A stretch of DNA of 29,722 nucleotides, from the IMG/VR virus record IMGVR_UViG_2740892236_000001, positions 1 to 29,722 of that record. One strand, 5' to 3'. A model generated the notes under the pieces. That model worked only from the letters and a program-made list of their open reading frames with translations, was not told the origin of the DNA and did no database searches. Below are positions 18,095 to 25,900 of the stretch, piece after piece. Positions within the stretch are counted from its first letter, which is position 1. The number at the start of each line of letters is the position of its first letter. The stretch comes from a virus. Lineage: Duplodnaviria > Heunggongvirae > Uroviricota > Caudoviricetes. Both the position numbers and the translations under genes were made by a program.

Positions 18095-18318
18095 ACAGCA
18101 CCTCCGTTGTAATGTTTGCCTTTCAGCTCTACGATTTCCTGGCAGGTAATGCAAAGCTGCACTCCCGGAATGGCGCGGCGTCGTGCTGGCGGAATTGGCG
18201 CTTCACACTCAATGCAAAGCACACGAGACACGCCCGGCGTTCTGGCACGGGCAGCACGGATATGGCGCTGGCGTTCTTCTTCAACGCGCTGCTGTACGAG
18301 ATCCATTGCATCAGCCAT
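18091..18318 (-). CDS. TraR/DksA-family C4 zinc-finger protein
   Basis: 75-aa ORF with CIEC-X17-CITC arrangement ([27 protein letters not shown]). Confidence 0.7.
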   Translation of the reverse strand: MADAMDLVQQRVEEERQRHIRAARARTPGVSRVLCIECEAPIPPARRRAIPGVQLCITCQEIVELKGKHYNGGAV

Positions 18319-18557
18319 TAGTGGATCTCCTGCGCTTCGTTCTGGATTGCTTCAGCAGTTACACGCAGCAGTTCTGCCGCTTCGACGTGGTTTAGCTGGC
18401 GGGATGTGATATGACACGCCAGGCTATCAAGGCGAGCTGCCATTGCTTCAGCCCTTGCCCGGCGTTCTTCCAGACGAGCCTCTGTCAGTAAAATATTAAG
18501 CCCTGCGTCATCCGGTCCGGTTTTAGTCGAGAGGGTTTCAATATTACGCATAATCAA
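18318..18557 (-). CDS. hypothetical early-region protein
   Basis: 79-aa ORF; stop overlaps the downstream gene start (TAATG). No family assigned. Confidence 0.5.
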   Translation of the reverse strand: MIMRNIETLSTKTGPDDAGLNILLTEARLEERRARAEAMAARLDSLACHITSRQLNHVEAAELLRVTAEAIQNEAQEIH

Positions 18558-18618
18558 TTCTCCTGAATTTAGATAAAGGGATGCCCGGCGGGTTTACGCC
18601 ATTAATTTCATTAGTTGG

Positions 18619-18960
18619 TTAATTCGGCATGGTTAGCCGTCTGGGAAATAAGCTCACCACTGCACGAAAATGATTCATTGCTTTAATCAACTCCCGCTTT
18701 TCGTCAGTGGTCAGCTCATTAATGCTGATGCTATGACGTTCAGCTGGAATTTTTGCCATAAAGAATATGGCAGCCAGTGCCCGTTTATTTTGTTCATTAT
18801 TGATATCCCGTGGATCACGCATATCTTTAATAAACCGCTCAAGCTCTGACTCAATATTAAGGCCAAATACTTTCGCCCTTAACTCCGCAATATGATTAAG
18901 TCCATTCAGGCGTTCACCGGGGCTTAATGGAACAGTCGCTGCAGCGCCATTAATTGCCAT
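18619..18960 (-). CDS. hypothetical early-region protein
   Basis: 113-aa ORF in the operon between cII and A. No family assigned. Confidence 0.5.
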   Translation of the reverse strand: MAINGAAATVPLSPGERLNGLNHIAELRAKVFGLNIESELERFIKDMRDPRDINNEQNKRALAAIFFMAKIPAERHSISINELTTDEKRELIKAMNHFRAVVSLFPRRLTMPN

Positions 18961-18982
18961 AATTCATATCCCCAAAACGCAA

Positions 18983-19207
18983 CTATTGTTCTTTGTTCTT
19001 ACGGTAACGTTCGAGAGGAGATACATTTTTTCGTATCGTTTCTTTAACCTGCTCTCCCCGTAAAAACGTCCCATCCTTTAGCGTGAAAAAGTAACTGCCA
19101 TCGCCCGACAACGACGGATAACAACAGAGCAAATCATCTTCAGGTACTGAATAACTCTCCCCTCTGTAACGAAACTGATAAACCACTTCACTTTCCGCTG
19201 CATACAT
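18983..19207 (-). CDS. hypothetical early-region protein
   Basis: 74-aa ORF with SD GGAGAAAG upstream of the ATG at 19205-19207. Confidence 0.5.
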   Translation of the reverse strand: MYAAESEVVYQFRYRGESYSVPEDDLLCCYPSLSGDGSYFFTLKDGTFLRGEQVKETIRKNVSPLERYRKNKEQ

Positions 19208-19381
19208 TTTGACTTTCTCCGTTTCCCCGTGGTCAATTCAGACAGCAATTCATCTTGTGAACGGCACGGATGCCAGCGTTTACCATCCTCACCCATGATC
19301 CAGCCGTGACCGTAGTGCATTGCCGGGCTTTGTTTTACCAGCAGCGATGCAAATGATGGTTCTTTCGTCAGCATAAGCACC

Positions 19382-19891
19382 TCACAGCAAACCGAATGAA
19401 GCACCGAGGCCAGTCACGGTATCAACTGCACTCGCCATCGCAGGATTAGCCTGTAAACGGGCCTGCAATGAAACAGCCGCCAGCGCCATCAGTCGTGTTA
19501 CAGAGTTAATGCTGCTGATAGCATCACGACGACCGGCACAGGTTTTTACATCGCCAGATACCGCACCTGCAGCAACACGCCCGATCTCTGCGGTTGCACT
19601 CATGACGTAATGTGGCAGTTTCTCTTTTGCCACCTCATTAATCGGTACACATGGCAGACAATGAATCTGTGCCAGAAAACCATCTACCAGCGTTGAATCT
19701 TCAGTCAGATCGGTAAGCAGCCAGATTTCTGGTGCGGTTAATAAATGAGGCTGAGCTGGGTTCAGCTTGTTCCGCAGAATCTGTACATTCATGCCTGCAC
19801 GTTCTGCCAGTTGCACCAGGTTGTGACGCAGTGCAAAAGCCCTACAGGCTTCATCGAAATGCGGATGTTTGGAAATCTTGTAATCAAACAT
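19382..19891 (-). CDS. cII: CII-type transcriptional activator (phage 186 CII-like)
   Basis: 169-aa ORF starting [45 protein letters not shown]..., resembling 186 CII as I recall it (also 169 aa). Confidence 0.75.
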   Translation of the reverse strand: MFDYKISKHPHFDEACRAFALRHNLVQLAERAGMNVQILRNKLNPAQPHLLTAPEIWLLTDLTEDSTLVDGFLAQIHCLPCVPINEVAKEKLPHYVMSATAEIGRVAAGAVSGDVKTCAGRRDAISSINSVTRLMALAAVSLQARLQANPAMASAVDTVTGLGASFGLL

Positions 19892-19923
19892 GGTGCCCCC
19901 TTAGAAAGTTCCCATAATTGAAC

Positions 19924-20166
19924 TTACTTACCAACAATGACGCGGAAGTTGGAATGACCGAGGGATTCACGGACCTGATCAGTTTTGTACATCAGATAAC
20001 GAAGGTTTACGCGGCCTTTATTTTTTTCTTTCTTGACCATGTATTTAGCAAGCTGACCATGGTGAATTTTTTGATACACGGAGCCGCGGGAGATACCTTC
20101 CCATTCCGCGAACTCTGCAGGCGTAGCCATCTCTTTTGGTACACGAATTGAAATATCAGTGCTCAT
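19924..20166 (-). CDS. apl: Apl/Cox-type excisionase-repressor
   Basis: 80-aa ORF divergent from cI and immediately upstream of cII, the position and size of 186 Apl. Confidence 0.65.
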   Translation of the reverse strand: MSTDISIRVPKEMATPAEFAEWEGISRGSVYQKIHHGQLAKYMVKKEKNKGRVNLRYLMYKTDQVRESLGHSNFRVIVGK

Positions 20167-20223
20167 AGTGCAGTATCTCCCGATTAAGGTTTGGTTTACG
20201 TCGTTTTATCTCGTTTTAATTGA

Positions 20224-20273
20224 TTCAATATTTGATACATCGAGATACTACGATCCAATATTTGATACGTCAA
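20224..20273. promoter_or_regulatory. lysis-lysogeny switch: two direct repeats CAATATTTGATAC (candidate CI operators) overlapping a sigma70-like promoter facing apl
   Basis: Repeats at ~20226-20238 and ~20256-20268, 30 bp apart. Minus-strand TTGACG (complement of 20268-20273), 17-bp spacer, TAGTAT (complement of 20245-20250). Confidence 0.45.
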
Positions 20274-20285
20274 CAGGATTAAAAA

Positions 20286-20918
20286 ATGATACAGGTAAAG
20301 GCTGGAGAGAATACAGGGGGAAGAGAAGCTATCCATAGACTAATGGCAGCCTATGATTTCAAGTCCAGACAGCAACTTTGCGATCACTTAGGCGCATCAA
20401 AAAGCACCATGGCAAACAGATACTTAAGAGATAGTTTTCCTGCAGAGTGGGTGATTCAGTGCGCCTTGGAAACAGGAGTTTCTTTACTGTGGCTAACCAC
20501 CGGACAGGGGGAGCCAGGTCCAAACATTGAACCCAAAAAAAATATCAATTCCGTGAACTCCAGCAAGGTTGTACCTCTTTCTGAACTAGTATCTCCTGAA
20601 ATTGACAAGGCGACTCTCAACGGTGGTTTATTGGTCGATGCTGGAAAAGCAATCATTGATAGCAGCATACTCCCCTCAGACTCAAGCAACCTACTGCTGG
20701 TGACTACTTCTGGTGATTCTTATTTAATAGATCGCAACCAAACACCACCAGTGAATGGTATGTGGTTAGTCGATATCGACGGGATAAAAAGCATTGTTAA
20801 ATTGACTCGACTCCCGGGAAACAGATTAGTAGTGCATCAGGATGATTCATCGTTTGAGTGTGGCCTGGGTGACATTGAGGTAGTAGGCCGTGCACTGAAA
20901 ATCATTAAGAGCCTTTGA
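20286..20918 (+). CDS. cI: CI-type immunity repressor (186 CI-like)
   Basis: 210-aa ORF divergent from apl and immediately upstream of int; N-terminal region consistent with an HTH DNA-binding domain. Confidence 0.75.
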   Translation: MIQVKAGENTGGREAIHRLMAAYDFKSRQQLCDHLGASKSTMANRYLRDSFPAEWVIQCALETGVSLLWLTTGQGEPGPNIEPKKNINSVNSSKVVPLSELVSPEIDKATLNGGLLVDAGKAIIDSSILPSDSSNLLLVTTSGDSYLIDRNQTPPVNGMWLVDIDGIKSIVKLTRLPGNRLVVHQDDSSFECGLGDIEVVGRALKIIKSL

Positions 20919-20919
20919 T

Positions 20920-21936
20920 ATGACCATCAGAAAACAGCCGAACGGAAAATGGTTGTGTGAGTGCTATCCCAATGGACGCAATGGCAAGCGCGTGCGTAAG
21001 CAATTTGCCACGAAAGGCGAAGCCATAGCATTCGAAAACTTCACCATGAACGAAGTAAACAAAAAGCCATGGCTTGGTGAGAAGGAAGATCGGCGGCGAT
21101 TATCAGAAGTGATTGAGCAGTGGTATTCCCTATATGGTCAAACACTCGCAGACCCCAAACGCCTGATGGCGAAACTTAGAATTATCTGTAATGGTCTAGG
21201 CGATCCCATCGCCTCTGAGCTGACAGCAGGTGATTTCACAAAATATCGGGAAGCCAGATTAAAGGGGGAGGTCCAAAATGAAGACGGCTCGTTCATGTCA
21301 CCCGTTAAGCCCCGCACGGTAAACCTTGAACAGCGCAACCTATCATCTGTTTTTGGTACACTGAAAAAGCTGGGCCACTGGTCAGCCCCCAACCCGCTTG
21401 CCGGGCTTCCAACATTTAAAATTACGGAGGGTGAACTGGCGTTCCTAACCCCGGAGGAAATTAAACGTCTGCTGGATGCCTGTGCTGATTCTCAAAGCCC
21501 CAGTCTGCTAATGATTGCAAAAATATGCCTAGCAACCGGTGCTCGTTGGAGTGAAGCTGAAAACCTGCAGGGCCATCAACTATCGAAATACCGGATTACC
21601 TATACAAAGACCAAGGGTAAAAAAAACCGTACCGTACCGATATCTCAGGATCTGTACAACGAGCTACCCAAAAACCGAGGGAAATTATTCACACCATGCA
21701 GAAAAGCCTTTGAACGGGCGGTAAAACGGGCCGCTATTGAACTACCGGAAGGCCAATGCACCCACGTCCTGCGCCATACATTTGCCAGCCATTTTATGAT
21801 GAACGGTGGGAACATACTCGTTTTACGTGATATTTTAGGGCACTCAGATATTAAAATGACGATGATTTATGCACACTTCTCTCCAGACCACCTGGAGGAT
21901 GCAGTAACAAAAAACCCTCTTTATAACTTAATTTAA
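20920..21936 (+). CDS. int: tyrosine integrase (P2/186 Int family)
   Basis: 338-aa ORF with C-terminal HVLRHTFASHFMMNGGNILVLRDILGHSDIKMTMIYAHF (catalytic R/H/Y region); N-terminus resembles P2 Int. Confidence 0.9.
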   Translation: MTIRKQPNGKWLCECYPNGRNGKRVRKQFATKGEAIAFENFTMNEVNKKPWLGEKEDRRRLSEVIEQWYSLYGQTLADPKRLMAKLRIICNGLGDPIASELTAGDFTKYREARLKGEVQNEDGSFMSPVKPRTVNLEQRNLSSVFGTLKKLGHWSAPNPLAGLPTFKITEGELAFLTPEEIKRLLDACADSQSPSLLMIAKICLATGARWSEAENLQGHQLSKYRITYTKTKGKKNRTVPISQDLYNELPKNRGKLFTPCRKAFERAVKRAAIELPEGQCTHVLRHTFASHFMMNGGNILVLRDILGHSDIKMTMIYAHFSPDHLEDAVTKNPLYNLI

Positions 21937-21950
21937 GTAAACAATGGATC

Positions 21951-22601
21951 ATGAACATAAACGAGATAATTAAGTATTCTGTCGCGATAATTACCCCGAT
22001 CATACAGATGCTCGCGGTAAGATCCGGCTGGGTTTTCCCCAAAGATAAGATTTTCAACTCGCGCAAAAACATTAGCGAGTTTGCATACAATCTATATAAG
22101 AATACTGAAGATCCCAAAATCAAGAAAGTTGCATATAATTATGGTATTGCTGCAATAACAAAAGATAAGAACCTAACTCCAGAACAGAGAGAGATTCTTT
22201 TAGGTGTTAACGATCCAGTTAATGACATTGATAACTATAGCAAGTGTCAAAAACTAATTTCTATTAGTAGTGAAAAACAAATATTTAAATGGACAAAAAA
22301 AAGATATCGCTTTTGGATATATAGAAAATCTATAAAGCTGATAAGCTTAACATTCTATTTTATTGGCGGTTTTATAACTTCCATACCTTTTGTATACGAA
22401 GGATTAGTAACCCAACATATTTTAGAGAAAATTAATAAACTTACTGATATGCAAAGATTAGGAATGTCCAGCTACTTTTTTGCACTTGGGATTTGTATAG
22501 CACTGATGAACCTGCATAAATTTTCGACTATTCGTATCGCTGAAAAAACCATAAGATCTAATCTCCGTAAACCCACAGATTTCAACTCAAGCAGCGGATA
22601 A
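21951..22601 (+). CDS. uncharacterised membrane protein in AT-rich DNA between int and att
   Basis: 216-aa ORF with two predicted TM helices (LISLTFYFIGGFITSIPFVY; MSSYFFALGICIALMNL). Markedly AT-rich relative to the prophage core, by eye. Confidence 0.6.
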   Translation: MNINEIIKYSVAIITPIIQMLAVRSGWVFPKDKIFNSRKNISEFAYNLYKNTEDPKIKKVAYNYGIAAITKDKNLTPEQREILLGVNDPVNDIDNYSKCQKLISISSEKQIFKWTKKRYRFWIYRKSIKLISLTFYFIGGFITSIPFVYEGLVTQHILEKINKLTDMQRLGMSSYFFALGICIALMNLHKFSTIRIAEKTIRSNLRKPTDFNSSSG

Positions 22602-22603
22602 TG

Positions 22604-22624
22604 TGGCGACAGATTGGCGACAGA
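22604..22624. promoter_or_regulatory. direct repeat TGGCGACAGA x2 (11-bp periodicity); candidate integrase arm-type sites
   Basis: Read directly from the sequence, ~100 bp from the att core on the int side. Confidence 0.3.
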
Positions 22625-22716
22625 GCATTAAAAATGAGTAAAACGGACAAACATAAGATAATACTAACTTGATGATTTTAAACGCAAGTTAATGTTTTTG
22701 TTATAGTGAAAATGGT

Positions 22717-22754
22717 ATGTAGGAATTTCGGACGCGGGTTCAACTCCCGCCAGC
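22717..22754 (+). other. partial tmRNA (ssrA) 3' end: candidate prophage att core
   Basis: ATGTAGGAATTTCGGACGCGGGTTCAACTCCCGCCAGC matches my recollection of the E. coli tmRNA 3' end (T-arm and acceptor strand) but lacks the terminal TCCACCA; upstream is phage DNA, not tmRNA. Confidence 0.6.
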
Positions 22755-22883
22755 CAATCATGATTGGACGGTGTAAGGACAACACCAACAAAAACAGGAA
22801 GTTAGAAGTCTCAGCAAAACACCGACCAGACGGTGAGGAGACATAAAAGGATACGCAAAGGAGCCGCGGCTCCTGGTAACATG

Positions 22884-22908
22884 AAAGCCCACAGATGTGG
22901 GCTTTTTC
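22884..22908. terminator. hairpin terminator between the att segment and the autotransporter gene 3' end
   Basis: AAGCCCAC-AGAT-GTGGGCTT followed by TTT on the plus strand; could terminate either convergent transcript. Confidence 0.5.
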
Positions 22909-22916
22909 GTTGATGG

Positions 22917-25900
22917 TCAGAACGACCAGTTCACACCAGCTACCGCGTTCCACGGGGATTCCACACCGGCACTATGGCTATACCCCACCCCAAGATGCCC
23001 GCTTAACGTACTGCTGAATGAGGCTTTAATACCTGCCTGGTATATTCCACGTCTGCCCGACAAATAATTGACGAAATTACCGTCACTATTCACTTTCACC
23101 CGGTTATCATCGACAAATTCTTTGCGCACAGCCGCCTTCAGCCACGGCTCAACTTCCATACCGTTCCCCAGACGCATGTTGTAACTCAGCGTTGCGCCCA
23201 GTTCACGATATATACTGCGGGTATCGACTGATTTCGATTTCATGCCATTGGATAAATGATATTCGGGGTTATCAGCGGTGAACCCCGTTAACGATGCATA
23301 CGGCGTCAGGTTCCAGTTACCATCGGTAAATCGCATCCCGGTTTCAATGTGACCGCCCAGCCCGTTGCTGTGGTAACTGCCATTGGCGGCTCCACCGCTG
23401 CTCATTTTACCTGCTACGTTACTTTTAAAACGGTTCAGCTTCACGACACCGTCCAGATAGAAACCACTTTCATGTTCCCAACTGGCATAGCCGCCCAGAG
23501 AATAACTGCCCACACTGCCATGTCCTCCGCGATCAAAACCGATATGTGAATGGGAATAGCCCATAAAAGCGCCTAGCGTGGTAATTCCTTCAGGAATATC
23601 ATTACGGCTGTCGATCCCCACTGTCATTCCGGTCAGCGTCTGCTCAAACCCGGCACCCGCATCGGTGGTGACATTATTACGGGTGTTATACGTCGCCCCC
23701 CAGACATTATTGTTGTGTGGACTCGCTTTCATTATGTTCAACCGCTCGCGAATACTGTTTAGCTCAGCATCAAATACCAACGGTAATGTTGCTGCCATAT
23801 TGAGTACGGCTGCCGTAGAAGGCGTAATGCGTTTCTCCGGAACGGGTGTCGGCGTTGGATCGGGAGTAGGGTCTGGTTTTGGATTTGGGTCTGGCTTTGG
23901 ATCGGGTTTTGGGTCTGGCTTTGGATTTGGGATGGGGTCCGGGTTGGGTTTGACATCATTGGTCAGGTTCCAGTTGCTGTTGCCGTCACTTTTCAGGACA
24001 TACTCATAGGTCCCAAGATCAACGAAACCGCCGGTATTGCCCAGCGTAAACGAAGCATCCCCTCCCCCTGTTTTCACCAGCGTCATCGCGTCGTCAGACT
24101 GTGGGCTGACGCCGGTATCCTGAACAAAGATTTTAAAATTACCAGTGGCGTTGTTGTTGACGACCAGTTGATCGCCCCGGGAGCCTGCAACGTTGGTATG
24201 CAGGTAGAAATTACCGCTACCGGAAAGTTCATTGGTTGTCAGCGTATTGTAGATACCGTTAGTTGTGGCAGGCGCTGCTGTTTGTGCTGACAAATAAACA
24301 TCACCGTCGTTGAGTAGCAAACTGTTTACTCTATATTCGCAGTTGCTGGTACCTGCACAGGAATTATTGCTGTTAAGCCAGACACTGCCCCGGCTGGCAG
24401 CCGTCAGGTCGGCAAGCGTGGTATCGACGCCATTTCCCAGAGTCAATGTCGCGCTATCGGTAATCCGGACCGCCCCTTCGAGTTTAACTGGCGTAACATT
24501 ATCCCGTGGCGTCATTAACGACAGGCTTCCTGTCGCGCCACTGACCGATGCATCCGCCAGCGTACCTGCGTAGACGATTGCCGTACCGCCAGCGACCTGG
24601 AGATCTTCTGCCCGGGCCAGAGCCTGAAACTCATCTTTTGACCGCCCAAGGGTATATTGCCCGCCAGAGTTAACCTTTGTGGCGGAGTCCTGACCCAGGT
24701 TTTGCATTGCCCCACCCTTGCCAACCGTGGAGTCGCGAGCTTCGGTACCTGCTAATACCAATAAATTACCGCCATTTTCCAGCAACATATTGGTCGCTAA
24801 ATTGCCGGAAATGGAAAAAGTACCGTACTGGTGAGTACCGCTGATTTCAATACCGTTAGCCGTGCTCGTCTGGAGAGCGGCACCGCTGTTCTGGACGATA
24901 TCTGTCGCTTTGCCATTATCGTTGACTGTCAGCGTACCGCCTTCATTGATCTTTGTTTTTATTGCCTCTCCGTTAGCTGAAACTGTTTGTATTCCGCCGT
25001 CGTTAATTGTTGTCTCATTCGCCACACCCTCGACAATTTGTTCACCGCCGGTGAGCGTCGTGCCTGTCGCAGTGGCTTTTGTTTTGACGATCTCCCGTCC
25101 GCCCATATTGACCTGTGTTTTGTCAGAAGAGGTGTCTGACTCCACGGTTAACACGCCGCCATTTGCCAGCAGGATATTGTTCGCCGCACCCTGCTCGATG
25201 CTGAACGCGACGCCATCCGCGCGTGTTCCTGTGACCCGCGTCGCCCTGGTGGTTGCAACCAAAGCGCCCTGGCTACTCTGCTGTATCCCCGTTGCGCTGC
25301 CTTTCTCCCGCACATCGAGTGTGCCGCCGTCATTAAGCACCGAGTTTTCAGCCAGACCGCCCTCATTAACTACCTGTGAACCCCCATTAATAATGGAACC
25401 TTCCGCTGTCCCGTTTGCCATAATTTGTTGTAGGCCAGAGACGATATCGGTATTGATTGCCTTACCATAATTCTGAACGGTTTGCGTGCCACCATTGATG
25501 TGTGTTTTCTCTGTTGACCCACCATCAACAATTTGTTCACCACTTTCGATATTTGCTTCAGTGGCTAAACCATATACCGTTTGCTTGCCACCTTTGATAT
25601 TTGCTTTATCAGAAGTGGCACTGGCATATATTGTTTGGGTGCCAGCACTATTGAGTACAGTGCCAACATCTTTTCCATAAACATCCATTTTGCCGTTGGC
25701 ATTAATAATCGTGTCAACTGCGCGGGAACCAGTGACGACTGTTAATGAGCCAGCGTTTTCCAGCACTACATTTTTAGCTTCTGAATTCCTGATGTAGAAA
25801 GCATCACCATAACTGTTGGTTCCTTCGATAAGTGTTCCGGAGGTCGTGGAAGCAATTAATGCGCCGCCGGATTGTTGCTCAACATGCTTAGCCTCACCAC

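Larger units (their letters stand above)
1..22754. mobile_element. P2/186-family prophage, partial (continues beyond the left edge); right boundary at the tmRNA-like att segment
   Basis: Gene order matches P2 (H-I-J-W-V-S-R-lysis-X-L-M-N-O divergent from P-Q, then cos, replication A) with a 186-like CII/Apl/CI switch and integrase next to an ssrA 3'-end fragment. Boundaries are inferred. Confidence 0.8.

Noticed and set aside
19078-19404. 108-aa minus-strand ORF overlapping the end of cII and the 74-aa gene
   Set aside because: Overlaps a neighbouring ORF that has a better SD, and its C-terminal half is Cys/Arg-rich and low-complexity. A short real gene from an internal start cannot be excluded, so it is left uncalled.
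23578-24009. Plus-strand ORF encoding GSGFGSGFGSG repeats
   Set aside because: Mirror image of the proline-rich linker repeat of the autotransporter on the minus strand.
24862-25470. 202-aa plus-strand ORF
   Set aside because: Antisense within the autotransporter passenger domain.
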